Positions 35,337 to 46,796 of a stretch of 64,000 nucleotides of DNA are shown here, piece after piece (position 1 is the stretch's first letter; the number at the start of each line of letters is the position of its first letter). Below the pieces are notes generated by a model, which saw only the letters and a program-made list of their open reading frames with translations, was not told the DNA's origin and searched no databases. Source of the DNA: Picochlorum sp. SENEW3 (lineage: Eukaryota); NCBI GenBank assembly GCA_034226945.1, contig CP120454.1, forward strand, positions 1,364,001 through 1,428,000, given 5' to 3'. The translations under genes and the position numbers were made by a program.

Positions 35337-36011
35337 TTAGTTATCATTCGACTGTATTTCATCTGCATGCACAGCGCACATGCTCGTTCTATAGCGAGAG
35401 GAAGACACACCCCCTTCATCACTGCTGCTTGTATTTCTGGTTGAATAGGCAACGTAAATGATGTTCTGGTTCTTCTCATCGTAGACTCTGCGGATTCTTG
35501 TCTTTTTATTCTGTAAAATATTAAATGTTTTACCCTCTGAGAATATTTCCTTGCCCTCTGAGGACCTGATGGCTTCTGGGTTTTTGATACTAATTCGCTC
35601 TTGAGTTGGAACACAACTGATGGAGGATTGGGAGGGGTCTCCAAATGGGTCGTTTGAAAGCTTTTCCTGCAATGATCTGTTGTAGTCTGTGTAGTATATG
35701 ACTACTCCGTCCACTTCTGAGTCCTTCAATGATACGACAGTCACGGTGTCTTTGAACAAGAATCCGCTTGAGCGAAATTCAGCAATTTTTTCATTTGCTT
35801 CTGCAGAACTGCAGCAAAGGAGAGACATGGAGAGCAAGCCTGCTGCCAGATACTTCTTTCCAGTGACATTTAATGATGCTGAGACAACAGAAGAATGCCT
35901 TTGCGATGGCTGTCTGCTCACTTGTGCACACCGCAGTGCTCTGAGGGAGAGCTTTCTCTCACTAACAAGTCGTCCTCCAAACGGCTTCGATGTTGCTTGA
36001 ATAACGCACAT
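35337..36011 (-). CDS. CreA-family protein with bipartite plastid/thylakoid targeting sequence
   Basis: D.EVDGVVIYY, DPSQSSISC, GKEIF and RRVYDEKNQNIIYVAYS resemble bacterial CreA; hydrophobic stretch ending AEA. Confidence 0.72.
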   Translation of the reverse strand: MCVIQATSKPFGGRLVSERKLSLRALRCAQVSRQPSQRHSSVVSASLNVTGKKYLAAGLLSMSLLCCSSAEANEKIAEFRSSGFLFKDTVTVVSLKDSEVDGVVIYYTDYNRSLQEKLSNDPFGDPSQSSISCVPTQERISIKNPEAIRSSEGKEIFSEGKTFNILQNKKTRIRRVYDEKNQNIIYVAYSTRNTSSSDEGGVSSSRYRTSMCAVHADEIQSNDN

Positions 36012-36206
36012 TGTGAATTGTATTCTTGAAGATGTGTGTGAATTTTATTTCAGGGGACAATCGTTCCATGTAGACAAGTAGTACTACTAGTAAGATGCAT
36101 TTTTAAAGTAGGAATTTCCTTGTTTGAGACATCAAAATGCGTTTCAGTTGACCTATTTTCTGGTAAAAAAGGTATTTTTGTAGCATGATGATGAGCATGA
36201 TATACT

Positions 36207-38051
36207 ATGGAGCCATCATCATCATCATCTGAGGCTCATCGGCTGAATATCAACGTTGGGTGCCTTGGCCATGTCGACAGTGGTAAAACGAGTCTAGGTG
36301 CGTTAATTCTGCCCTCCTTCATCCCCAAGCGGAATTTCATGGATTTATATACACAATGTAGTTGCTGCATTGTCGACTCAATTGTCGACTGCTGCTCTGG
36401 ACAAGCACCCACAGAGCAAGGCCAGGGGTATAACGTTGGACCTTGGGTTTTCTTCTTTTATGGCACCTTTGGGGAGTGGTGAGGAGGTTCAGTTTACTCT
36501 TGTGGATTGCCCTGGGCATGCATCGCTGGTGAAGACTGTCGTTGGTGGTTCGCAAATCATTGACATGATGCTTTTGGTGGTTGATATTACAAAAGGTATT
36601 CAGCCACAGACAGCCGAATGCATTGTCATTGGAGAGATAACCACGGATTTTATGATTGTTGTGTTGAATAAAATTGGTAAGTTGATAGATAGCGTTGAGA
36701 AAATAGCTTGAATAGTGGCCTGTTTCCCCCTTTTTCTGATGCCATCTGTTGTTGCTCTTCTTCAGATTTGGTTCCTACTGAGAAGCGAGAGAAATATGCA
36801 AAGAAGGCGAGTAAAATGATTCGTAAAACATTTTCTGGGACTAAATTCAAGGATGTACCAGTTATTGCTGCGTCAACGAAGGAGCGCGTGGATGGAACTG
36901 TTGTACATGATACGATGATGGCAGATGCAGCACAGGCTCAGTGTCTTGGGGTTCAGGATCTTGTGAATGCCATGGTTCAGATGGTTCCACACATGAATGT
37001 ACAACGAAAAGAAGATGGAGATTTTATGATGTATATAGACCACTGTTTCTCGATCAAAGGACAGGGGACTATTGTTACTGGAACACTGTCTGAGGGATGT
37101 GTGTCGGTTGGACAGGCAATTGAGTTTCCTTTGATGGGTCTTGTTCGCAAGGTCAAGTCTATACAGGCTTTTAAGAAACCTGTCACAAGAGCAATTGCAG
37201 GTGATCGGGTCGGCATCTGCGTTCCGAATTTATCAGCCACGCACATTGAAAGGGGGCTAGCCTGCAAGCCTGGTTCCATGTGTGCCTATACACATGCCAT
37301 TGTTCGTGTGGACAAAGTTCGCTTCTTTCCAAGCAAGATTTATAGCAGAAAGAAGATCCATATCCTGATCGGTCACTCATCTGTCATGGCCACCCTGGAA
37401 TTTTTTGGGATGCCTAGATTTAGTACACGGACGTGGGTACAGGCAGCCGATGGGGATTTTGCATGGGAGAATGACTACATCTACCAGGATGAATTATATG
37501 GGACAGAGGGTCGGCCCATAGGTAGTGAAGATTGGTATAAAAATTCGGAATGGCGACTAAAGGATACACAGCGCACGTTCATGGGACCTCAATGGGCATT
37601 GATCAAGTTTGAAGAGGCAGCTCTTGCCAGACCAGGTGCTCTCATCTTGGGAGCAAAGCTTGATACTGATCTGGACGCTTGTACCTGTAGAATTGCGTTG
37701 AGTGGAAAGATACTAGACAATATAGAACAAACATCAAGACTTCGAGTCTTCAAGATCAAAAGTAAGGAAGGAACCATTCGTACGGTGGAGCCTGACAGAA
37801 TGACAGCAGTTTGCAGTGGCTTGTTTGCATCCAACAATGCGGTAACGACCTTCCTTGGCATGTCTGTTCGGGGACCAAATGGACTTCTTGGAGTGATTGA
37901 ATCTCCATATGGCACCAAAGGGGATTGTAGGGTCAAATTTGAGCAGCCAGTCAGCATGACAGGTCAAGAACCAGCATGTGTTGTCTTGAAATTCAAACAA
38001 TTCCTCCATGGCAGTGACAATGCGTCTAAAAAGAGAGAAATAGAACAATAA
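36207..38051 (+). CDS. EEFSEC: Selenocysteine-specific elongation factor eEFSec/SelB
   Basis: NVGCLGHVDSGKTSL, AALDKHPQSKARGITLDLGFSSF, DCPGHASL, DHCFSIKGQGT, CRIA; introns 36298-36361 and 36677-36765. Confidence 0.95.
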
Positions 38052-38085
38052 AATAGTAAAATGAATATAAATATATACATGTAGA

Positions 38086-40008
38086 TCACAGAGCGGAGAT
38101 CATGGCTCCCTTGAGTATCAGAATGGTCCCAGCAATTGTGTTTGCAACCACAAGAGTTCGTGCAAGGGGCACTAAAAATGAAGAGTGCGATTTGAACAGA
38201 TCCATCTGCAGAGTCAAAGATCCCATCACAGCTGATAGCAAAGACACTGATGCCTTTGTTTGGCTCATGGATGCTTTTCTCAGATGCTCCAATCGATCCT
38301 CAAAGAAGGACAGTTTGCTCCGAAACTCTGTCGCACTATCAATACCAGATACTTTCTTCATTTGTGCAAGTTCTTCAGCAACGATATCTAAATTTTTATG
38401 CAACGACTCCAATGATTTACCAACCATCTTTTGCTGTGCTTTGGTTGATCGAAGCTCCTGCACTAAAATGTCATACACAGTGCCACCTTGTTTGGGCTTT
38501 GGGACAGGAATATACTCCTGCTGGTCTACTACTGCAGGTGCTATCGGAGAAGCATCTCCTTTACTAAGTATACCGTGTATTTCTACCGAAGAAAATCCTA
38601 TACCATTGCTGCTAGTATGGTTATCATAGCTGCCCATCCTATACGTCACCATGCACATTTCGTTTGAATCGCCATACTCGGTATCATTCCTACTCAATAT
38701 AACTGGTCCATTAGCAGCATGTTCTACACCTGTCACATCCTGTCCACCATGGCGAGATGTATCATCCATAGAGTCAGTCTTATTATTGCCAGTGTCCAAT
38801 ATTTTCTCTGCACCAGAAACTGTGTCCACCGGGTCAGGTCCAACACCAGCTTCCGCCGTCCCATTCAGATCATCAGGAGGAGCTGTAGTTTCGGAATCAA
38901 ACATAAACTCATCTTGCGCCAATTGAGCCTCGAGCTCTTCTGCTGCACTGGTACCATACACACCCAATTCATTAATAGCACACACTGATTCAGAGCCATG
39001 GTGTGTCAGGAAACGAACCAACAGATATCTCACCCACCGGGGATGCTGGACTTGGAATTCCTGAGTTCCTTTTGCTTTGGCAGCTGTAAACGTCCCGATG
39101 AAATTCCAACCATTACTATCCACACTATTCGACGCCTCCATCGCGAGCATCCTCGGATGAGACTGCATTCCATACACTGTAAACTCCTTCACTCGCGAGC
39201 TGTACAGTTCATGCTGTGAGATTTCAACAGACGACACTCGAGCCACCTGCGAGAGCTCAATAACAACCCATTTGTTGTCTTTGCAATCATTTCTCATGAA
39301 CGTATCGCTATCGTCATCCAAAAGAGCACCCACCCTTTTAGCACCTGGGTTTGATGCCAGCACCTTTGCTCCCTCTTTTGACAAGGCAAAGTTGGCCTTT
39401 TGTGACTCTGGCAGAACTTCCAACACCGTCTTCGTGATCTGCTGCACATCGGGCTTCCTAACTTCATCCAATCCTTCGCCTCTCGTATCGGCAGGAACAT
39501 CCTTTCTTTCCTCCTCAACCACAGTCCCTGGCCCAATCCCTTCCTTACTCAACGTGCAATGGCTCTGGCATGGAGAAAACCAACAAAATGACTCTTTTCG
39601 ACCAACATCAGCCACACGATCAAGTCCTGGTGAAGCACACGCCCATGTCTCTGAAAACGCTGCATCAAGCACGTCTGATGACGAATAATTCCTTACTCTC
39701 TCTCCAGCATCCACACCATCTCCTGACACACTTTCATTCCCACCATGTCCCACCCCACGAGTCGCGCCTGAGTTCTCTTCACTGCCATCACGCATCCCCG
39801 TATTGGTTTTATGGATGCCATCTTTGGCTTGTTTCAAGACGGAGGAAGCATGAGAAGCAGACGAGTGGTCAACTGAGGAAGACTGCCGTGGAAGATGAGA
39901 CCCATTGTCAGCCATAGCACATGTGCATGATACATATAGAACTATTACTACGAAGAAACATGTTTTGAGGAGTCCATTGCGAGAAAAACTGCCAAGGTCA
40001 ACTCCCAT
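38086..40008 (-). CDS. Mid-SUN domain protein (SUN3/4/5, Slp1/SUCO-like)
   Basis: NFALSKEGAKVLASN, WVVIELSQ, HELYSSRVKEF, VRYL..FLTHHGSE..C; N-terminal TM, coiled coil and C-terminal TMs. Confidence 0.88.
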   Translation of the reverse strand: MGVDLGSFSRNGLLKTCFFVVIVLYVSCTCAMADNGSHLPRQSSSVDHSSASHASSVLKQAKDGIHKTNTGMRDGSEENSGATRGVGHGGNESVSGDGVDAGERVRNYSSSDVLDAAFSETWACASPGLDRVADVGRKESFCWFSPCQSHCTLSKEGIGPGTVVEEERKDVPADTRGEGLDEVRKPDVQQITKTVLEVLPESQKANFALSKEGAKVLASNPGAKRVGALLDDDSDTFMRNDCKDNKWVVIELSQVARVSSVEISQHELYSSRVKEFTVYGMQSHPRMLAMEASNSVDSNGWNFIGTFTAAKAKGTQEFQVQHPRWVRYLLVRFLTHHGSESVCAINELGVYGTSAAEELEAQLAQDEFMFDSETTAPPDDLNGTAEAGVGPDPVDTVSGAEKILDTGNNKTDSMDDTSRHGGQDVTGVEHAANGPVILSRNDTEYGDSNEMCMVTYRMGSYDNHTSSNGIGFSSVEIHGILSKGDASPIAPAVVDQQEYIPVPKPKQGGTVYDILVQELRSTKAQQKMVGKSLESLHKNLDIVAEELAQMKKVSGIDSATEFRSKLSFFEDRLEHLRKASMSQTKASVSLLSAVMGSLTLQMDLFKSHSSFLVPLARTLVVANTIAGTILILKGAMISAL

Positions 40009-40454
40009 GGCCGATCTGTTCTGCTACCTTTGAATTCCCTTTCTCCGTCAACACGTTCCCATGCTATGCTGAAAAAATAAAAGACCCATTATTATTCTGT
40101 CTAATGTATGTAATGATAGAAAGGCTTCTGTGCTCACTCTGGTCTTCTGCGCCCAGGAAAGTTTCTTAAAAGGATATATAAATATTTTTTAAACATGTGT
40201 TGCTAATCGATCAATCGGTTCTTTGCTCTCAATGGCCGCATTATAAAGATCTTACTACTTTTCATATGAAAATAGGACTATAGTTTTGATAGGTGATCTG
40301 TATGTTTATTTGACGAAGGGCATGGCAGACAAGAAGAAGAAGACAATGTTTTTGTCATAAGGAGTGAGTATTCTTCATAACAGCAGAAGAAGATGCTTGA
40401 TTCGGTGCAGAACAAGGCATTGTACACGTCTCGTTTAACTACAATAGTACGGTG

Positions 40455-41939
40455 ATGACGAAGAAGAAGAAAAATCAGGTGGAGAAGAAAGACGACGACA
40501 TCAGCAGTAAGAAGAACTCTTCAACCATGAAGACAAAGGAGGTGCCCCCATGTCTCAGGATTCTGATGGTGTCTGACTTTTTCCACCCGAGCATCGGCGG
40601 CGTGGAGAGTCACATGTATCACTTGGCGCAGAATCTGATGCGGCGTGGGCATCATGTTGTGATATATACGCATGCGTACGAACAGGGATCATACTGTGGT
40701 GTGACATATTTCACCAATGGTTTAAAAGTGTACTATGTTCCAAGGAAGAGTATCTATCAGGCAGCGACACTGCCCACTATATTTGGAGGATTTTCAAAAC
40801 TTCGAGAAGTGATTTTATCTGAAAGGATTGATTTGGTGCATGCACATCAGGCATTCTCCGCCATGGCAAATGAAGCAGTAATTCATGCAAGAACGATGAA
40901 TATTCCCACAGTCTTTACGGACCATTCCTTGTTCGGTTTTGCCGATCTGGCGTCCATCATGATGAATAAAGCCTTGAAGTTTTCATTAGCAGACGTCCAG
41001 AGGGTGATCTGTGTGTCTCACACGTCGAGAGAAAACACAGTCCTTCGTGCCTGTGTGCCTCCTCGACGAGTGTATGTGGTCCCAAATGCCGTCGACATGA
41101 CTGCCTTCTATCCATCACCACATGCGTCAATACAAGATCTTCGTCAAGCGGACAACACAGTTGTTGTTATGTCGCGATTAGTCTATAGAAAAGGCATTGA
41201 TTTGTTGATTCGAATCCTACCGGTTGTGTGTCAGAAGCACCCCCAGGTGCGATTTGTGATTGGGGGAGATGGTCCAAAGCGGCAAGAATTGGTCGATGCG
41301 ATCCGTGAGTGCAATTTAGAATCACGGGTAACATTAAAAGGCGCCATTCCACATGCCGGTGTGAGAGACTTTCTCTCTCAGGGAAGCATATTCCTCAACT
41401 GTTCCTTGACAGAGGCATTCTGTGTGGCTCTAGTCGAGGCTGCAGCAGTAGGCCTCACCATAGTATCTACCTCTGTGGGAGGAGTCCCTGAAGTCCTTCC
41501 AAGCACCATGATGGTACTCGCAGACGCCTCTGCTGATGGCATTGTGCAAGCATTGGATAAGGCATTGAGTCGAGTTGCATCATCATCATCACGTGGCACT
41601 TTTCACACAAAAGAAGTCGACAACACAGAAGATGATATTGAAAAGAATCGCGAGCTGACGCGTCGGTTTCGCCAAGCGCAAGAGCAACATGCTGCTGTCA
41701 CAGGCATGTACAGTTGGTCTGTTGTTGCCCGTCGAACAGAGCATGTATACCACGACGCCATGCGCGACAAGACGAGCGTATACAAGCGCCTCTGTCGGTA
41801 CTATCAATGTGGAAAATGGTTTGGAAAATTATGCATCCTCATAGCTATCACGGACTGGTTACTGCTCATACTATTAGAATATATCAAACCAAAGAGGCGG
41901 ATCAAGCCTGCCAAAGACTTCCCTCGCCCATATACATGA
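40455..41939 (+). CDS. PIGA: GPI GlcNAc transferase catalytic subunit PIG-A/GPI3
   Basis: MVSDFFHP..GGVESH, TVFTDHSLFGFAD, SRLVYRKG, FLNCSLTEAFC; C-terminal TM. Confidence 0.96.
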   Translation: MTKKKKNQVEKKDDDISSKKNSSTMKTKEVPPCLRILMVSDFFHPSIGGVESHMYHLAQNLMRRGHHVVIYTHAYEQGSYCGVTYFTNGLKVYYVPRKSIYQAATLPTIFGGFSKLREVILSERIDLVHAHQAFSAMANEAVIHARTMNIPTVFTDHSLFGFADLASIMMNKALKFSLADVQRVICVSHTSRENTVLRACVPPRRVYVVPNAVDMTAFYPSPHASIQDLRQADNTVVVMSRLVYRKGIDLLIRILPVVCQKHPQVRFVIGGDGPKRQELVDAIRECNLESRVTLKGAIPHAGVRDFLSQGSIFLNCSLTEAFCVALVEAAAVGLTIVSTSVGGVPEVLPSTMMVLADASADGIVQALDKALSRVASSSSRGTFHTKEVDNTEDDIEKNRELTRRFRQAQEQHAAVTGMYSWSVVARRTEHVYHDAMRDKTSVYKRLCRYYQCGKWFGKLCILIAITDWLLLILLEYIKPKRRIKPAKDFPRPYT

Positions 41940-41943
41940 ATAC

Positions 41944-42666
41944 TTAATGAACTTTACTCTCTCGCTCTCGAGGCACCATTGTAAAATCAACAACCCGTGG
42001 CAAGGCGCTCGTGGTCCGTCGCCCTAGAGCAAGAAGCATCAATGCACCCAAACACACCACACCCAGTCTCCACACATGGGCCACAATGCCTTGCAGCACC
42101 GCAGGATGAGGTAGGATAATCTCCATCACCAGCAACGACAGACACCATGTCGTCACTCCAAGCAAACGATGAAACCACTTCAACCACGGATGACACGCAC
42201 TAGGAAACCGATCAATCAGCTTCAACCTTTTAAAACTACAAACCCCAAGCACAATCAAAAAGAGGGACAGAGAATACGTAATACTACCCAGCTTGCCATG
42301 CAACGACGTGAAATGGCTCTTCCCATGAATAGCTTTGTTTACGTAAATCGCCGCAAACCCAAGAGACGTCAGTATCGTGGAAGACACCTGCAACCACATG
42401 TGGGTTGACAGAGCCTGCACCCTCACCACCCCATCCGTCTCCCGTGCACCACATGCAGTACTAATCCCTTCACACATGAGCCCCAGGTACCCAACAGACA
42501 TACAGATGGGATGCCACGCAAACAACACTCCCGCATACGCCGATGGAAGCACAGCCACAAACATGGTCACGCAGAGCACAATAGAAAGGCTCTGAATATA
42601 CATCCCCAGCGCTCCTACATGGCCATTACTACTCACAGTATTGCTATGATTACGAACAAATGCCAT
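41944..42666 (-). CDS. Cytochrome b561 family protein (CYB561D-like)
   Basis: FAWHPICM, THMWLQ, HFTSLHGKLG and WFHRLLG heme-ligand histidines; six TM helices. Confidence 0.88.
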   Translation of the reverse strand: MAFVRNHSNTVSSNGHVGALGMYIQSLSIVLCVTMFVAVLPSAYAGVLFAWHPICMSVGYLGLMCEGISTACGARETDGVVRVQALSTHMWLQVSSTILTSLGFAAIYVNKAIHGKSHFTSLHGKLGSITYSLSLFLIVLGVCSFKRLKLIDRFPSACHPWLKWFHRLLGVTTWCLSLLVMEIILPHPAVLQGIVAHVWRLGVVCLGALMLLALGRRTTSALPRVVDFTMVPRERESKVH

Positions 42667-42827
42667 ATTTTCTATCCAAAAAAGCAGATCACGATTGTCG
42701 AATCCAAAACGTTCCAAAAGTTGAAATAATCCAATTTGAATTCATTGCCCCATTCTTTCTCGTATTGTATCCAATTACTGTATTCATGACATACAATTGA
42801 TATATTTTTAAATAAATAATATAGTTT

Positions 42828-44045
42828 CTACGACATTGACGCCACATCGAATTTCACGACGCAATTCATAAGACTTGTCCTTAAACAGGTGGCCACCTCT
42901 GGATGCTTGACCATGCCAATTCTCATACAATCCACAGCCATATCCGCATAAAGATTTGTTTCAATACTCCTACCCATACCCTCTAAGATCAAAAGATCCG
43001 TATCTTTGGCTTCCTCATACACCTCCTCAGAGATGCATGGTGATGCCAGATCAATGACTGGCAGTCCAGACCCAGATGGGATGATTCTGAGGCGTTGGGA
43101 TGAGATGTAGCTGCATAATCGATCATCAACGTCGCAGATGCGAGGAAGAAGCGCATCTAATTCTTTGAATGTAATATCGTTGATACTTGGCTGTGAATTC
43201 GCGGCAAGAACCACCTCGTTGCATGCTCCAGAAGATAGCAACGAGCGAGCAAACGGGAGCATGCCCAAGATCACGTCGCTCCCGGCATTATCCACAAAAA
43301 GCATCGCTTTAGAATATGTATGATTTTTCATACGAGAACAAAATCTATCCACATCATCGATAGCCCAGGGCCTCGGAGGAAGAGAGCGCCGTGTAGTATG
43401 GAAGCACACGCCATCTTGGTCCTCATGGAAGATGTTCTTTGTATGCTCAGAGCCCAGATCGAAAATATTCGCCGCACACACATTCTTCAACACTGTCGTC
43501 CACACAAGCTCAGAGTTGCCATGCTCTGCCGTCATGGCATCAATCTCTCGACACACGCCCGGCAGCAAGTCCAAGGATTTCATGTTCTCTTCATATTTGA
43601 TGGACATGAATGGGTCACCAAACCCAGCCTCAATCAAACACTCCTCCCTCAACCGACACAAATGCACGCACGTACATTCCATTCTCAATGTCATATCCTC
43701 AACACAAGATGCCCCAGCCATCCTCACACGCGCCATAATATCGTCCAGCTTGGCCCTATAGGATGCAGCAAATGCTGCTGCCATGGCCTTTTTGTCCTCA
43801 TCAGATGCATCGATAGAAGGGTCTGTACTCGCAATGCTCTTAAAATACTCTATAGATCTATAAAATATCTCTATCCATTGCTCCAAAGGAGGTATCTGTA
43901 TCTGATTCTCATCCTGTGCGTGGTGAGAAGAATCAACCAAGGATTGACATGCTGCTGGAATGTATTCCCACGTGTGTGGAGAATATGATTCTGGCACGAT
44001 TAATGGCAATCGCCGACTGACAGTGTCTTTTTTTGTCTCAGACAT
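42828..44045 (-). CDS. DUF89 damage-control phosphatase (PANK4 C-terminal-like)
   Basis: DPF..IK.EEN, AANIFDLG, FVDNAGSDVILG and LEGMGRSIETN motifs; start uncertain. Confidence 0.9.
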   Translation of the reverse strand: MSETKKDTVSRRLPLIVPESYSPHTWEYIPAACQSLVDSSHHAQDENQIQIPPLEQWIEIFYRSIEYFKSIASTDPSIDASDEDKKAMAAAFAASYRAKLDDIMARVRMAGASCVEDMTLRMECTCVHLCRLREECLIEAGFGDPFMSIKYEENMKSLDLLPGVCREIDAMTAEHGNSELVWTTVLKNVCAANIFDLGSEHTKNIFHEDQDGVCFHTTRRSLPPRPWAIDDVDRFCSRMKNHTYSKAMLFVDNAGSDVILGMLPFARSLLSSGACNEVVLAANSQPSINDITFKELDALLPRICDVDDRLCSYISSQRLRIIPSGSGLPVIDLASPCISEEVYEEAKDTDLLILEGMGRSIETNLYADMAVDCMRIGMVKHPEVATCLRTSLMNCVVKFDVASMS

Positions 44046-44299
44046 GATGTCAAAATCATTCGAATACATGTAGCACCACAGGGTTCTCTGGGTTGTATAC
44101 CCATCATCGCCAGGCATCGTTTGCTCTCATCGATCAAACCTTGTCTTTGATGGGCCGATGTGGTTACAGCTGTGACTGTGAAGAATTTTGAAATCAGAGA
44201 CTTGTTTTATTTTAGGTTGTTTCTCTCTCTCTCTTTTCTTCCAACTTGTGCTCTTTGACAATAAAAAAATGTAATAATAATTGAGTAATAGGAGCTATT

Positions 44300-45013
44300 A
44301 TGATACTCAGTAAACAACAACAAGAACAACAAGAAGCAAAGACGGGAAGGAAATACGAGAAGAAAAAAGTCAACACGCAACAAGGGTTGACTGGCGTTGT
44401 TGGGCAGGGGACGGAGAGATATAGTACCATGGTGTATGACGATGCACATGTGCTGGATTCGTTATCAATGGCATCCATGGCACTTGAGGCGAAAAATAGA
44501 ATGATAGAACGGTTACAGGAGGAGTTGGAGAGGCTACAGAGGGGAACACAGCAGGATGCTGATGGTGATGTGTGCTCTGAGGCAGCACAGCACCAGGTAT
44601 TACGAGGCGAGAAGCAACAGGTGGATGACATACTGGGCCATGCGGTGATGACTCGTAGTCTGGTTGAACGGCGAGATTCTCATGATAGCACTAGCAGTAG
44701 TGGTCGTCGTCGTCATCACAGTCTCGTACTGTTGCTTCAGGAAACGCTTGACGAGTTGCATACTAGTAGAGTGACGATTGAAAAACAGAGTGAGGAGATG
44801 GAGAGATTGAAGGGTCGACTTGACCGGGTGCAGGGTCTTGTGACGGATGGAGAAATGCGTGAGCATTATGAAGCATTGCTGGAAGAGAAGGATCGGACGA
44901 TTGCCGAATTGGCGTCCATGTTGGCATCACGGGATGCATTTGCTGAGAATGTGAGGGTATTTTTGCAGCAGCATGCATCATCGTTGCCATCATCTCCTAC
45001 CAGTAGTATATAA
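44300..45013 (+). CDS. Coiled-coil protein of unknown function
   Basis: Heptad-rich ORF (LEAKNRMIERLQEELERL; LLEEKDRTIAEL); start may be 44429. Confidence 0.6.
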   Translation: MILSKQQQEQQEAKTGRKYEKKKVNTQQGLTGVVGQGTERYSTMVYDDAHVLDSLSMASMALEAKNRMIERLQEELERLQRGTQQDADGDVCSEAAQHQVLRGEKQQVDDILGHAVMTRSLVERRDSHDSTSSSGRRRHHSLVLLLQETLDELHTSRVTIEKQSEEMERLKGRLDRVQGLVTDGEMREHYEALLEEKDRTIAELASMLASRDAFAENVRVFLQQHASSLPSSPTSSI

Positions 45014-45113
45014 AGATAAAAATCACACGTGTATCATACATAAGTGTTTGTTGTTACAATTGGCAATTGGACTATTACATCATTCGCCATCATGATCTGG
45101 AGGTGTGCCATGC

Positions 45114-46083
45114 TTATGGCCAGAGTCCCTGCAAAAAGCATCCAGCTGGGATGGTCAATCCCTGCACAGTCACAGAGTCTGGAATCTTGCATGTTGGGAC
45201 CACAGCCTGTCCTGGAATCACAACAGCCTTGGAGAACATGGTGGTGTTGATTGGATCAGACAAATGCTCAGAAAGGGCAGCTAATGGGTTAAGTCCAGTC
45301 ACCTGGGCAGCCATGGTGAATCCTATAAATGCCAACATGGCCAAGCGTCCATTCTTAATCTCCTTCACCTTGAGCTCCTCCAAGTTTCCTGGAACGAATG
45401 GAGCGAATACGCTTCCTGGGTATCCGACCTCGTGTGGTGCAAGCTTGTACTGAGAGAAGACTGGGTCCTGATCCTGTGATCCTGGCTTCAAGACATCATA
45501 TCCACGCTTGGACTCAACCCAGTGCATGACAAACAATTCGAATGCTGCCAATCCGGCCAAGTTGAATGGCAGCTCCACATCAGCTCCAGAAGTGTACCAG
45601 AAAACCTCTGGATGGGTGATTTCCTGAGCCAAAATTCCAGCAACACCCAACATGGCCCAGCGAGCATGGACACGCTCAGACTCGGCAAACCACTTCAAAC
45701 GGTCATCATTGGCACCCAATCCCAATGGATCGAATCCATAGTTTCCTGGAAGCTTGCAGGACTCCAAGTCTGCATTGAAGATAGAAAACACGATCAGATT
45801 GATGCACATGGTCTACTATACATGCTGGATGAGACCACCATATCTTTGTCTGACCCTACACTTGGCAACGAGCTGCAACCTCTTTGCAGATACGGGTGCC
45901 TCTGTCGCCCTCAAACCCCTCTAATTTTTTAATCAAGTAGCAGATGTGTCACGTACGTTTTGGGAAATCAGATCCAGGCAACCAGCAGTCGCGAGCAGCA
46001 GCAACCACGTGAGAAGCACGCTGCTGCTTTGGCTGGGCCAAGGTCCTCTGGAAAGGAGAAGTTGTCTTGATAGCGGCAATCAT
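45114..46083 (-). CDS. LHCA6: Photosystem I light-harvesting protein, green-algal Lhca6-like
   Basis: LPGNYGFDPLGLG, DQDPVFSQYKL, FAPFVPG, extended C-terminus CKIP...CFLQGLWP; intron 45770-45956. Confidence 0.88.
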
Positions 46084-46796
46084 GTTGTTTTATTCCTGTG
46101 AATTAAAGTATGGCTCGATGGAGTGGCTGTGCCCAATACCATCCGAATCAGCACCAGGTCTCGTCCAATCTACTTGAGATCACGAAAGGATAACAGGTAG
46201 ATTTGGACATCTGGGATGGCATGGAATGTCTCTCCTTGTGGGACAGGGGATGACTCAGACATGCGCAATGGTATACTAGTAGTACTGGGTTGATCGTAGG
46301 GAGTAGTAGTCAGAGGGGAGTTGACGAGAGGAGACTCTCTGTATCCGCTCATGACTGGATCACTGATCAGTGGGTGGGTACCCTGGAATCCAGGGCCTGG
46401 ATGGACACCATTGGATTGACCAGTCAGGGCTTGGCATGATGTCTCTCTCGCTCTCTTTTTCTCTCTCGTCTTGAGAAGATGACTGTACTATGGAAAAATC
46501 ACAGATGCAGTCGCTGAGGCGAGAAATATCTCGCTGACTGCCTGGTGGACCCTGCCATGGAACATGCATGAAGTCTAGCAGATGAAAAAAAATCTCATCC
46601 CAATCCAGAATCCGGATTGAGCAAGATTGCGTCTCATGCATCCTATCAACGGTGTCGTCGATGGGGCCATCCCTAGAAATCGACACAAGGATTCGTGATG
46701 TGATGGTGGATACCTTGTCTCAGCACAGCGATGCTCCTCACTTTATTTTCATTTGTTTGTACTACTTCAGTAATCGATCGATCGATACACGTGACG

